IMG/VR virus record: IMGVR_UViG_3300011116_001048
Coordinates: 1-64,000 of that record
Origin: a virus
Length of the DNA: 64,000 bases
Reading direction: 5' to 3' (one strand)
The stretch's first letter is position 1. Every line of letters starts with the position of its first letter. A program made the position numbers and the translations under genes. Below are positions 35,675 to 45,625 of this stretch, one piece after another. Below the pieces are notes generated by a model. It worked only from the letters and a program-made list of their open reading frames with translations. It had not been told where the DNA came from and ran no database searches.

Positions 35675-36199
35675 ATGGGTTGTAATTGCAATAAAAACAA
35701 GCAAAACAATATTCAGTTTAGACAAGAAACTACTAATCAAAAGGTAGAAAGTATTCTGTCCAAAAAGATAGGCATGGTACAGAGTTTTGCTACAGCTTTG
35801 GCGTCTCGTGGTTTATCAAATCATAAAATAAACACACCAGCTAAACAGTTACGTGTTCTTAGTTGTTTTGGTAATCAACATACGGGAGGAGAACTTCTCC
35901 CGTGTCAACATCTAAAAGAAAGTGAAACTCCGGGAAAGCACTTCTGTGGTGGTTGTGGTTGTGGCGACAAACCCCACACATGGTTAATGGCTCAAGATCA
36001 AGAATACAGTAAATTAGACTACCCAAAACTAAACTGTCCGCTAAATATGCCTGGATTTACTAATTACGAACCCAGCAAACCGGATGAAGCAAACGAACCT
36101 ATAAGCAGACGATATTACATAGAAAATATTGATTACAGTGAAATTGCCAAAATTTTAGTGAGTCTTCCAGAAAAGAAGGAAGAACCTCCACAATCTTAA
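35675..36199 (+). CDS. Cys-rich putative metal-binding protein
   Basis: MGCNCNK; C..., C-x-H, FCGGCGCGD, CPL; SD AGGAG. Confidence 0.7.
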   Translation: MGCNCNKNKQNNIQFRQETTNQKVESILSKKIGMVQSFATALASRGLSNHKINTPAKQLRVLSCFGNQHTGGELLPCQHLKESETPGKHFCGGCGCGDKPHTWLMAQDQEYSKLDYPKLNCPLNMPGFTNYEPSKPDEANEPISRRYYIENIDYSEIAKILVSLPEKKEEPPQS

Positions 36200-36210
36200 A
36201 TTAATTTTGC

Positions 36211-36218
36211 CATAAATA
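36211..36218 (+). promoter_or_regulatory. T4-type late promoter
   Basis: CATAAATA upstream of gp13. Confidence 0.7.
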
Positions 36219-36235
36219 CTGTTAAGGAAGTATAA

Positions 36236-37036
36236 ATGGCAAAACCTAATTCAAGACAAGCAATAATTGAATATGCTTACAGACAACTGGGTTCTCCGGT
36301 TATCGATATAAACGTAGATTGGCAACAAGCCGAAGACCGTTTAGACGATGCTTTACAATATTTTACTGAACGCCATTTTGATGGTGTTGAAAAGGTATTC
36401 TTTAAATATCAGTTAACACAAAACGATATTACCAATCGATACATCAATACCGAAGACATCCTTTCTCCAAATGAGGTTGATGGTCCTACAGGTAAAGAAA
36501 TAGTGTCTGTAATTAAAGTAATGCAATTTGGTCAGTTTACAAACATTAATATGTTTGATGTACGATACCAATTAGCCCTAACCGATTACTTTGGTATCAA
36601 TAGAAATCTTAGTGGTACTTATTCTATGGGCCTTGCATCATACGATGCCACAAAGAGATACATTCAATTAATTCAAGATCTATTTCAACCCGAAAAAGCA
36701 GTAGTGTTTAGTAAAGTAACAAATAGACTGTATCTAGACATGAATTGGGATGCTGAAACTAAAGCAGGAGACTGGATTTGTATCTGGGCATACGCTGCTT
36801 TAGATCCAGAAAAATACACAGAAATTTTTAATGACCGATATTTAAAACGATACGTGACTGCACTAATTAAACGCCAATGGGGTGCAAACATGGCAAAGTT
36901 TGATGGTGTTGCTCTTCCCGGTGGTGTTACTATGCGTGGTGGTCAAATATACGCAGAAGCAAACGCAGAAATTGCAGCGATTGAACAACAAATTCAGCGC
37001 GAATACGAACTGCCAGTTGATTTCATGACAGGCTAA
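36236..37036 (+). CDS. gp13: neck protein gp13
   Basis: KPNSRQ..IEY..RQLGSPVIDINV..QQ.EDR.DDALQYF.E.HFDG; YVTALIKRQWG.N..KF.G..LPGGVT. Confidence 0.95.
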   Translation: MAKPNSRQAIIEYAYRQLGSPVIDINVDWQQAEDRLDDALQYFTERHFDGVEKVFFKYQLTQNDITNRYINTEDILSPNEVDGPTGKEIVSVIKVMQFGQFTNINMFDVRYQLALTDYFGINRNLSGTYSMGLASYDATKRYIQLIQDLFQPEKAVVFSKVTNRLYLDMNWDAETKAGDWICIWAYAALDPEKYTEIFNDRYLKRYVTALIKRQWGANMAKFDGVALPGGVTMRGGQIYAEANAEIAAIEQQIQREYELPVDFMTG

Positions 37037-37037
37037 T

Positions 37038-37967
37038 ATGGCAATCAATCCGTACTTTAAAGATTATTCTGGCGAGCAAGATCTAACAGAAGATCTAACC
37101 ATTGAAATTATCAAAACAATGGGTAGAGATATGATGTATATTCCCAGAAATATTGTGGAACTAGACAAAATTTTTGGTGAAGGAAAACAAGTAAACTATA
37201 AAAATGCTATTCCTATTGAAATGTATATTGATTCTGTTTCTGGATTTCAGGGGCAAGGCGATATAGCCAGCAAATTTGGTATAGAAATTAAAGATAACGT
37301 GTTTTTAACTTTATCAAAAAAACGTTTTACTCAAGAAGTTCAGACTCGTTTTCCGTCAATAACGAGACCACGTGAAGGGGATTTGGTATATTTTCCTCTT
37401 TCAAAATCCGTATTTGAAATTAATTTTGTGGAACACGAAAATCCTTTTTATCAGCACGGAAAATTACACTCGTATCGTTTAACATGTGAACTGTTCACTT
37501 ATAACGAAGAAAATGTAAATACTGGCAATACCGATATAGACGCAGTAGCAGAGGAAAACAAAGAATATGCTCGTCAACTGTATATGCTAGACGATGTAAA
37601 CGGAATAACTTTGTATGGCTACTATCCCGGAGAGCTTGTATATCAAGTTGACGGATTGAGTGGTGCTAATGCTAAACTAGAAAACGCAACAGCAACCGGT
37701 ATCGTGGCATTTGCTGATCGTGTTACCGGCTCTCTACAGCTAATCAATATTACAGGCAATTTCAAACAAGCAAACACAATAAAGGGAGTTCAAAGCAGTA
37801 TAGAGTGTGTTATGCAAACTGATGGTGGTCTTAGCTCCAATGCCGTTCTCAAGAATAGCGAAGACCGTACACCTCTTGGTGATAACGATGAACTAGAAAC
37901 CGAAAAAACTAAACTAGATATTTTTGATTTTACTGATGTAGATCCGTTCTCTGAGGGCAAATACTAA
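37038..37967 (+). CDS. gp14: neck protein gp14
   Basis: NPYF...EQ.L..DL..E.IK..G.D..YIPR, SKFGIEI.D, RPREGDL.YFP, FEI.FVEHE.PFYQ.GK. Confidence 0.95.
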   Translation: MAINPYFKDYSGEQDLTEDLTIEIIKTMGRDMMYIPRNIVELDKIFGEGKQVNYKNAIPIEMYIDSVSGFQGQGDIASKFGIEIKDNVFLTLSKKRFTQEVQTRFPSITRPREGDLVYFPLSKSVFEINFVEHENPFYQHGKLHSYRLTCELFTYNEENVNTGNTDIDAVAEENKEYARQLYMLDDVNGITLYGYYPGELVYQVDGLSGANAKLENATATGIVAFADRVTGSLQLINITGNFKQANTIKGVQSSIECVMQTDGGLSSNAVLKNSEDRTPLGDNDELETEKTKLDIFDFTDVDPFSEGKY

Positions 37968-38641
37968 TGTTTACGCACTATAAAAATGACAGTATCAGAA
38001 AATTAGTAATTGCTTTTGGTAGTCTTTTTAATAATATTAAATTAGAACAAAAAGACGAAAACGGAAATCAGCGACTGTTCACCGTTCCTCTTTCATATGC
38101 AGCAAAAGAAAAATTTGTAAAACGTTTAACAGAGCCAAGTTCTATTAGCGACAAAACGCGTATACAACTATCTTTACCACGAATGTCGTTTGAATTATTA
38201 GGTTTAGTGTACGACAATACACGAAAATTTAATAAAATGAATAAAATTGCCGATTGTAATTCCACCAACGGTTCGTACACATATTCTCCAGTTCCATACA
38301 ATTTTACATTTGGATTAAACGTTTTTACGCGAAATTTTGAAGAAAACTTACAAATAATGGAACAAATATTACCGTATTTTTCTCCAGAATTTATAGTTTC
38401 TATAAAAATGAACTCTATATTTCCCAGTGTGGACGTTCCTCTAGCTATTGCTAACACAACACTAACCCAGGAATATGAAAGCGATTTTAGCACTAGGCGA
38501 TTTATTGTTAGTACTTATCAGTTTGTGGCAAAATCGTATGTTTACGGAGAAATTCGTACAAAATACACTATTAATGATATTAACTTTAAAATGTATGATT
38601 TTAATGGACTGACGTTTTCTTCGTTTGGTATAACCGGATAA
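37967..38641 (+). CDS. gp15: tail sheath stabiliser / terminator gp15
   Basis: IRKLVIAFGSLFNNI, VPLSY..KEKF..RL, LPRMSFE, PVPYN, QI.EQILPYF.P. Confidence 0.94.
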   Translation: MFTHYKNDSIRKLVIAFGSLFNNIKLEQKDENGNQRLFTVPLSYAAKEKFVKRLTEPSSISDKTRIQLSLPRMSFELLGLVYDNTRKFNKMNKIADCNSTNGSYTYSPVPYNFTFGLNVFTRNFEENLQIMEQILPYFSPEFIVSIKMNSIFPSVDVPLAIANTTLTQEYESDFSTRRFIVSTYQFVAKSYVYGEIRTKYTINDINFKMYDFNGLTFSSFGITG

Positions 38642-38644
38642 ATA
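38637..38644 (+). promoter_or_regulatory. T4-type late promoter
   Basis: GATAAATA overlapping the gp15 stop; gp16 ATG at +7 with no SD. Confidence 0.62.
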
Positions 38645-38650
38645 TAATGT

Positions 38651-39100
38651 ATGGAATCTTCTGATATTATTTCTGAAAATTTAGGTATTGAATTTAAAGA
38701 ATCAACACCAACACCAATAATAAAAAAACCAGAAACTACTTCTGGTATTAGTTTAGATGCGGATTTTAATTATGTTCGTGAAAATATCAAAGGATTGATT
38801 GATAATGGGTCTTGTGCTATAGACGAAATACTAAAGGTAGCAAAGGCGGGTGACTCCCCACGAGCATACGAAGTACTTGGTCAATTATTAAAAACTGTAT
38901 CAGAAATGAATAAAGATCTGATTGACCTGTATCAAAAAACTAAACACGTCAAAAAAGAAGAGATCAAAGTTAATAACACAACAAATAATTCAATATATGT
39001 GGGCTCTACAAGCGAACTGCAAGATCTTATCAATAAAGATCGTAGTAGAAGAAAAGCACTAGACAGTCAACATTTTTTAGACGGTAACAATGGGATATAA
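38651..39100 (+). CDS. gp16: terminase small subunit gp16
   Basis: DF.Y.R.N...LI..G..A...IL.VA....SPRAYEV..QL.K; NN....GST.ELQ. Confidence 0.93.
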   Translation: MESSDIISENLGIEFKESTPTPIIKKPETTSGISLDADFNYVRENIKGLIDNGSCAIDEILKVAKAGDSPRAYEVLGQLLKTVSEMNKDLIDLYQKTKHVKKEEIKVNNTTNNSIYVGSTSELQDLINKDRSRRKALDSQHFLDGNNGI

Positions 39101-40769
39101 AAAAAAATCAGGATATCTTGGTAATCCCAATCTTAAAGAGATTGGTACCGAAATACAGTTTACAAAAGAGCAGGTTGAAGAATATATTAAATGCTCTAAT
39201 GATCCTGTTTATTTTATTAAAAAATATATTAAGATTGTAACTACAGATAAAGGACTTGAATCGTTCGGATTATACGATTATCAAGAAGATATCGTAAACA
39301 CCATTCAGAATAATCGGTTTGTTATTGCAAAGCTGCCACGCCAGACAGGCAAGAGCACAACAACCGTTGCGTGGATGGTTCATTATCTGGTCTTTAATCA
39401 AAACGTAAATATAGCCATTCTTGCAAACAAAATGAAAACGGCTATGGAGATCATGAAACGTTTAAAAGAAGCGTATGAGTATCTTCCTAAATGGTTACAA
39501 CATGGCGTTGTAGAGTGGAACAAGACTTCTATTCAGCTAGAAAACGGATCCCGTGTAATGGCGTCCGCAACATCTGCATCTGCCGTTCGTGGTGGTTCAT
39601 ACAACGTGATATTCATGGATGAGTTTGCTCACGTTCCTGCTAATATTGCTGACGAATTCTTTAGTTCCGTATACCCAACTATTACTTCGGGTCAAACCAC
39701 CAAAGTTATTATAGTATCCACTCCAAACGGCTTAAACATGTTTTATAACCTTTGGCAAGGAGCTAATCGCAAACCCGGTGAAGAAGGCAAAAACGAATAT
39801 GTGCCCATCGAAGTTCATTGGAGTGAAGTTCCCCTGTATCCGGGTGGTCCATTACGCGATCAAAAATGGAAAGAACGAACCATCAAACAGTTAGGTGGTG
39901 GTTCTGGTGGAGAACAAAAGTTTAAAAGCGAGTACGATTGCGATTTTATTGGTTCTTCTAATACTCTTATTTCCACAGCAAAATTACACACTTTAGTTGC
40001 CAAAACACCGGAGTCAAGAATGGCAGAAGGGCTTTGGGTCTACGAAGAACCCAAATCTAATCGAGTGTATGTAATGACTGCGGACACTTCTCGTGGGCAA
40101 GGAAAAGATTATAGTGCTGCTATTGTTTTTGATATAACAGAAACCCCGTATCGTATTGTAGCAAGATATAGAAATAATATTATATCTCCTATGTTATACC
40201 CAACAATACTAGCTGCCTTGGGCAGAAAATACAATAATGCATACATGTTGGTTGAGGTTAATGATATTGGAGGGCAGGTAGCGGATATTTTACATTATGA
40301 TTTGGAATACGAAAATTTACTAACAAGCATGAATAAAGGCCGTGCTGGTATGGTTTTAAATGGTGGATTTGGTAGAGGCGAAACTTTACTGGGCGTTCGA
40401 ACAACGGCTGTAGTTAAAAAATTAGGCTGTTCTATTCTTAAAAGTCTTATAGAACAAGACAAATTGATAATACAAGACGAGGACACCATAAAAGAACTGT
40501 TATCATTTGTTGCAAAATGGAATAGTTTTTCTGCGGATGATGGTCACACCGACGATCTTGTTATGTGTTTAGTTTTGTTTTCTTGGGTAACCAAACAGCC
40601 ATATTTTAAAGAAATTACAAACATTGATATTCGAAAAGAATTGTTTGACGGAGAAATCAAAAAAATCGAAGATGATGATTGGTTTAGTTTTGGATTTATT
40701 TCCACAATTGACGACAATCCTCGGGCTCCAACAAAAACTGAAGACGGAGAGACTTGGTTTATGGCTTAA
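39090..40769 (+). CDS. gp17: terminase large subunit gp17
   Basis: YLGNPNLK, PRQTGKST (Walker A), IFMDEFAH (Walker B), IVSTPNG, ADTSRG, HDDLVM-like HTDDLVM. Confidence 0.97.
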   Translation: MGYKKKSGYLGNPNLKEIGTEIQFTKEQVEEYIKCSNDPVYFIKKYIKIVTTDKGLESFGLYDYQEDIVNTIQNNRFVIAKLPRQTGKSTTTVAWMVHYLVFNQNVNIAILANKMKTAMEIMKRLKEAYEYLPKWLQHGVVEWNKTSIQLENGSRVMASATSASAVRGGSYNVIFMDEFAHVPANIADEFFSSVYPTITSGQTTKVIIVSTPNGLNMFYNLWQGANRKPGEEGKNEYVPIEVHWSEVPLYPGGPLRDQKWKERTIKQLGGGSGGEQKFKSEYDCDFIGSSNTLISTAKLHTLVAKTPESRMAEGLWVYEEPKSNRVYVMTADTSRGQGKDYSAAIVFDITETPYRIVARYRNNIISPMLYPTILAALGRKYNNAYMLVEVNDIGGQVADILHYDLEYENLLTSMNKGRAGMVLNGGFGRGETLLGVRTTAVVKKLGCSILKSLIEQDKLIIQDEDTIKELLSFVAKWNSFSADDGHTDDLVMCLVLFSWVTKQPYFKEITNIDIRKELFDGEIKKIEDDDWFSFGFISTIDDNPRAPTKTEDGETWFMA

Positions 40770-40780
40770 CCTCCTAAAAA

Positions 40781-40788
40781 TATAAATA
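40781..40788 (+). promoter_or_regulatory. T4-type late promoter
   Basis: TATAAATA upstream of gp18. Confidence 0.72.
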
Positions 40789-40818
40789 TTATGTAAATTA
40801 GACATTTTAGGAGAAAAA

Positions 40819-42006
40819 ATGCCAGTAACTACACAAAATAACGTTTTTACTTCCACAACATTCAGTGAAGCAGCTTCTCCACTGGTGGCTGGTGTGGTTT
40901 CTTTTAGAGGATTAGTTCAACTGTTTGGTAAAACTGGAAGTAATGGTACATCTGAAGTAGAAATTGGTTTAATGGGCGTTTCTAGCGTAAACGAATGGTT
41001 TAGCAGACTATATTCCAGCAGTGTTGGTGTGTCTGGTCCAACCGGATCTTGGGCTGGCGAATGGTGGGCAGTTCATAATTATTTACAATACGGTGGTGTC
41101 TGTTTAGTAGGTGCCACTGGTTCAACCGGTGATTATTATAGCGCAAATGGTGTATTAGGAATCACCAAAACCCCACTCCACAACAAATCTTTAGCATCTA
41201 TTGATGTGGTTTTTGAAGCAGGAAATACATTCTCAGTTGGTGCTGCCGTAGATATTGCAACAAATAGAAAAGATTGTATTGCCATAATTGGTAATATCAA
41301 TAAAATAACAGGAATTCCTCTAAGCACAACTTATACTAATCAACTATTAGATTTTGGTACAAACGCAACCAGTGAATACGTGGTTTACGTTGCTGGTAGA
41401 AAGAAATTTACTGCTGGTGTTGGTACCGACGTAATTATTTTAGAAAACAATCTAAGTCCAGATGTTGCTGGTTGTATGGCTCGTTCTGCCAGAGATTTTA
41501 CTATTTGGTCGTCGCCTGCAGGAAAAACCCGTGGACGAATATTAGGAGTTATTGCTTTACAACAAACATTTAACGAGACAGATTCAGATTATTTAGTTGC
41601 AGGAAATGTAAATCCTGTAATGGTTCTTCCCGGAGAAGGAACATTTTTAATGGGTAATGAAACCTCATACACTAGTACTGGTTCATTAAGTAAGATTAGC
41701 ACCACTAGTATGGTTGCATACCTGAAAAAACAACTACTATCTGTCGCTCAAGGGTTACTGTTTGAAGTAAATGATGCCAGTACTCGTCAAAGAATGGTGT
41801 CTTCAGCTACACCCATTTTAGAATCAATTAAATCTGGAAATGGAATTACAGATTATCGTGTGGTTTGTGATGACACCAACAACACGAGCACAACAATCTC
41901 TCAAAATAAACTAGTTGTAGACGTGTACGTTAAACCAACATTTACAGCAGAAACACTGGTAATTACCATTATAAATACTACAACTTCTCAAGCATTTAGT
42001 GGCTGA
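40819..42006 (+). CDS. gp18: tail sheath protein gp18 (minimal, 395 aa)
   Basis: NYLQYGG, RKDCIA, DVAGCMAR, W.SPAG..RG, VNPV...PGEG..L.G..T, FEVND..TR, DY.VVCD.TNNT, V.VKP. Confidence 0.92.
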   Translation: MPVTTQNNVFTSTTFSEAASPLVAGVVSFRGLVQLFGKTGSNGTSEVEIGLMGVSSVNEWFSRLYSSSVGVSGPTGSWAGEWWAVHNYLQYGGVCLVGATGSTGDYYSANGVLGITKTPLHNKSLASIDVVFEAGNTFSVGAAVDIATNRKDCIAIIGNINKITGIPLSTTYTNQLLDFGTNATSEYVVYVAGRKKFTAGVGTDVIILENNLSPDVAGCMARSARDFTIWSSPAGKTRGRILGVIALQQTFNETDSDYLVAGNVNPVMVLPGEGTFLMGNETSYTSTGSLSKISTTSMVAYLKKQLLSVAQGLLFEVNDASTRQRMVSSATPILESIKSGNGITDYRVVCDDTNNTSTTISQNKLVVDVYVKPTFTAETLVITIINTTTSQAFSG

Positions 42007-42018
42007 TAAGGAATTTCA

Positions 42019-42591
42019 ATGGCCAATCATTCAATAACAGATTTTATTTCTAAATTTGGTGGTGGAACCAGAATTAACCGTTTTCACGTAACCGGTAAAT
42101 TGGGTGAATCTACAGTATTGGATGATAATGGTGGTACGTTTCATATTCGTGCTGCATCTTTGCCCGCATCCCAAATAGGCGGAATACCAATAAATTACAG
42201 GGGAAGAACTGTGGTGTACCCCGGCGATAGAGTTTACGCACCTTGGCAAATTACAGTTATTGATGAGAATCCAAAATCAACACAAACCGGTAAAACGCTT
42301 TATAAGGCGTTTCACGACTGGAGCAACCAGATCAATAATCACAAAATAAATACAAGTACCCAAACAAATCCGTCTAAGCATTTTTCTGACCAATCTTCCA
42401 GTGCAGCTTCAACGTGGTCCATCAAGCAACTAGATACTAACGGAACAACAGTTATACGCGAATTTAAATTATATAATTGCTGGCCCATGGTTGTTGGAGC
42501 AATCGAACTGGATATGAGTCAGGACAACGTTTTAGCGTCATTTTCTGTGGTCCTTGCGTACAGTCATTTTGATTATGTACTTTCTAACTAA
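42019..42591 (+). CDS. gp19: tail tube protein gp19
   Basis: F...GG.R.NRF.V, ASLP.S.IG.IP..YRGR....PGDR.Y..W..TV, WP..VGAI.LD. Confidence 0.95.
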   Translation: MANHSITDFISKFGGGTRINRFHVTGKLGESTVLDDNGGTFHIRAASLPASQIGGIPINYRGRTVVYPGDRVYAPWQITVIDENPKSTQTGKTLYKAFHDWSNQINNHKINTSTQTNPSKHFSDQSSSAASTWSIKQLDTNGTTVIREFKLYNCWPMVVGAIELDMSQDNVLASFSVVLAYSHFDYVLSN

Positions 42592-42609
42592 AGGAATAGG
42601 TGAAAATAT

Positions 42610-44184
42610 ATGGAATTAGAACTGTTCGGATTCTCAATAGGCCGTAAAAAACAACCACAAGAAACTCGTGATGTTATCACGCCAGAAGCATACGATGGTG
42701 CGTATGTTTTAGAAACTGGTGGTGTTTTTGGTACTTTTGTTGATTTCTCTGGTTCGATTCGTGATGAAAATCAGATGATTCAACACTACCGTTCCATGTC
42801 ATTATATCCAGAAGTAGACATGGCGATTGAAGATATTGTTAATGAAGCAATAGTATTAGATCTAGACCGCAAACCAATTAAATTAAATTTAGATCATGTT
42901 AATCTATCAGAAACTATTAAAACTAAGATATATTCTGAGTTTAATCACATTTTAAAGCTGTTGGATTTTGCCAATAAAGGTCCAGAAATTTTTCGTAGAT
43001 GGTATATTGATTCTCGACTATTTTACTACAAAAAAGTAGATAAAAACGATCTACGTAAAGGGATCACCGAACTTATTCCAGTTGATCCTGTTAAAATTAA
43101 AAAAATTAGAAAGATAGAAAAAGACCGAGCTGTTTACGGCGGTTCTGGTCCTTTCTCTCCCACCAAAGAAATTCAAGAATACTTTGTGTACACTGATACC
43201 GATAAAGAATCCACGTTTCCAACCACTTCGTCTGGGTGGAAAATTGCTCCCGACACTATGGCGTATGTACACTCTGGTATAGTAGACAGTGTTACTCGTC
43301 GTATAGTTGGTCATTTACAAAAAGCTGTACGCCCACTAAATCTTCTACGTCAAATTGAAGACGCCGTTGCCATTTATCGTATTTCTCGTGCACCGGAACG
43401 TCGTATTTTTTATGTAGACGTAGGTAATCTTCCTAAACAAAAGGCAGAACAATATTTACGCGAAATCATGAATCGGTATCGTAACAAAGTAATTTACGAT
43501 CCTAATACTGGTCAAATTAAAGACGAACGCAACCACATGAGTATGCTTGAGGATTTTTGGATGCCTCGTCGTGAGGGTGGCCGTGGTACCGAAATTAGCA
43601 CCTTAGATGGTGGCCAAAATCTAGGTCAAATGGAAGACGTAATGTACTTACAACAAAAGCTTTTCCGTGCTCTTGGTGTACCTATTTCCAGAATGATGGG
43701 CGAAAGTGGCTTTAACATGGGTCGTTCTGCAGAAATTACACGCGATGAAGTTAAATTTAATAAATTTATTGATCGTCTACGTCATCGTTTTTGTGGGCTG
43801 TTTTTAGACGTTCTTAAGACTCAGATAATTCTTAAAGGAATTATGACTGAAGAAGATTGGAACCGTATTAATCAAGATATTACGTTTAGATTTAATAACG
43901 ATTCTTATTTTACTGAATTAAAAAATAATGATATTTTAAGAGAACGTTTAGATATTATTGCTGCTGTTACGCCTTATCTTGGAAGATTTTTCTCTAACGA
44001 ATACGTCAGAAAGAACTTCTTAAAACAATCTGAAGAAGACATTTTACAGATTGATGCAGAAATTACTCGTGAAATGCAAAAACAAGCAGAAGCACAAGAA
44101 ATGCAAGCGTATCAACAAATGTTGGCCGGAGAAGACCCAGAAGCAACTGAAGAAGAAACACCACAGGAAGAATCGCCAGAATGA
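42610..44184 (+). CDS. gp20: portal protein gp20
   Basis: ELFGF, PEVD.AIEDIVNE, FRRWYID.R, YRISRAPERRIFYVDVGNLPK, MLEDFWMPRREGGRGTEI.TL.GG. Confidence 0.97.
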   Translation: MELELFGFSIGRKKQPQETRDVITPEAYDGAYVLETGGVFGTFVDFSGSIRDENQMIQHYRSMSLYPEVDMAIEDIVNEAIVLDLDRKPIKLNLDHVNLSETIKTKIYSEFNHILKLLDFANKGPEIFRRWYIDSRLFYYKKVDKNDLRKGITELIPVDPVKIKKIRKIEKDRAVYGGSGPFSPTKEIQEYFVYTDTDKESTFPTTSSGWKIAPDTMAYVHSGIVDSVTRRIVGHLQKAVRPLNLLRQIEDAVAIYRISRAPERRIFYVDVGNLPKQKAEQYLREIMNRYRNKVIYDPNTGQIKDERNHMSMLEDFWMPRREGGRGTEISTLDGGQNLGQMEDVMYLQQKLFRALGVPISRMMGESGFNMGRSAEITRDEVKFNKFIDRLRHRFCGLFLDVLKTQIILKGIMTEEDWNRINQDITFRFNNDSYFTELKNNDILRERLDIIAAVTPYLGRFFSNEYVRKNFLKQSEEDILQIDAEITREMQKQAEAQEMQAYQQMLAGEDPEATEEETPQEESPE

Positions 44185-44594
44185 AAACGCCAGCTAGACT
44201 GATGAACATGGTCCTCAGGGGGCATGCAGACAAATTTAAAACCGTACTGCAAGAAGAACTAGCAGAACGTGCTTCTGTGATATTACAAGAATTCTATAAA
44301 CTAGAAGGCCAAAAAATACTAGACAGTATACAGGATACTAATGTTTCTGTTTCGGTACCACAATCCACACTAGAACGCCCCGCAGAATCTACGTCAAATT
44401 TTTTTCCAGAAAGTACGTATCAATTAAAAGATGGAAATATTGGAATATTAACCGAAAACGAACGACACTTAATAGCCAAATTACACAAAAATCTAAATAT
44501 TGATAATAAAGAAAGAATGGTAAAATTATTGTCAGAATCACGAGAATCTTTTAATAGAGTTCTCAAATTAGCAAAAACAGAGAATAAAAAGTAA
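44181..44594 (+). CDS. prohead core protein, gp67-like N-terminus
   Basis: Position after gp20; M...G.A..FK......L..RA..L helix. Confidence 0.55.
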   Translation: MKTPARLMNMVLRGHADKFKTVLQEELAERASVILQEFYKLEGQKILDSIQDTNVSVSVPQSTLERPAESTSNFFPESTYQLKDGNIGILTENERHLIAKLHKNLNIDNKERMVKLLSESRESFNRVLKLAKTENKK

Positions 44595-44603
44595 GGAATA
44601 CCC

Positions 44604-44978
44604 ATGGAAAATAACAAATTAAAATCATTTATTGGTTCTGTCATGAGTGAAAATTTAGCTCATGCTAAAACAATCATTCACGACGAATTAAATAAAAGAT
44701 TAGGCTCTGCTCTAGAAGATAAGTTTGAAACTTACGCTTCTTCAATATACGAAGCTTCCGATGCCAAACCTGATTTCTTAGACTTAGATAAAGATGGAGA
44801 CACCGACGAGCCAATGAAAAAGGCTGCAAAAGAGGCTGAAGAAGGAGACGAAGATGAGACCGAGAGCGAGGACGAGTCTGAAGAAAAAGAAGAAGGTGAG
44901 TCCGAAGACGAAGAAGATGAGGAAAGTGATGAGGACTCAGAAGAAGATGAAGAAGATTCGGAGGAAGAGCAAGACTAA
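44604..44978 (+). CDS. prohead core protein with acidic tail (gp67/gp68 slot)
   Basis: gp67-like helix, EF-hand-like PDFLDLDKDGDTDEP motif, about 40-aa D/E tail. Confidence 0.6.
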   Translation: MENNKLKSFIGSVMSENLAHAKTIIHDELNKRLGSALEDKFETYASSIYEASDAKPDFLDLDKDGDTDEPMKKAAKEAEEGDEDETESEDESEEKEEGESEDEEDEESDEDSEEDEEDSEEEQD

Positions 44979-45625
44979 TGAAACTAATAACCGAGACAGT
45001 TGAACAAGTAGAATTTATTACTGAGGCCGCTGCTGATGGTGCAAAGTCTTATTTTATTGAGGGTACCTTCATGCAAGCGGATACCCTTAATCGTAACAAG
45101 AGAATGTACCCCAAGCACATTCTACTAAATGAAGTGGCTCGTTACACCAAAGAGTTTGTGAACAACAGCCGTGCTTTTGGTGAATTAAACCATCCATCAG
45201 GTCCAACTGTAAATCTTGATCGCGTTGCAATTATTATTAAAGAACTTAACTGCAACGGCACGGATGTGTACGGTAAAGCCAAAGTAATGAGCACCCCCAT
45301 GGGCGAAATTGTCAAGAACCTTATCAACGAAGGTGCTCGTCTTGGCGTTTCAACTCGTGGCATGGGTTCACTTAAAGCCAAGAACGGATACAATGAAGTT
45401 CAACCAGACTTTATGCTTTCTGCCGTAGATATCGTTGCAGATCCATCTGCTCCAAACGCTTTCGTAAACGGTATCATGGAAGGCAAAGAGTGGATCTGGG
45501 ACAACGGAATTCTAGTTGAACGTCACATCGAAGAGTACCGCAAACAAATTTCTAAAACTGCTGCTCGCAATTTAGAACAAAAAGGCATCAAGCTGTTTGA
45601 AGACTTCCTTAAGAGACTAAAATGA
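44978..45625 (+). CDS. gp21: prohead protease gp21
   Basis: MKLITE, IEG.FMQA...NRN.R.YP, GEL.HP, LGVSTRGMGS, VDIVADPSAP.AFV.GIME. Confidence 0.97.
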   Translation: MKLITETVEQVEFITEAAADGAKSYFIEGTFMQADTLNRNKRMYPKHILLNEVARYTKEFVNNSRAFGELNHPSGPTVNLDRVAIIIKELNCNGTDVYGKAKVMSTPMGEIVKNLINEGARLGVSTRGMGSLKAKNGYNEVQPDFMLSAVDIVADPSAPNAFVNGIMEGKEWIWDNGILVERHIEEYRKQISKTAARNLEQKGIKLFEDFLKRLK

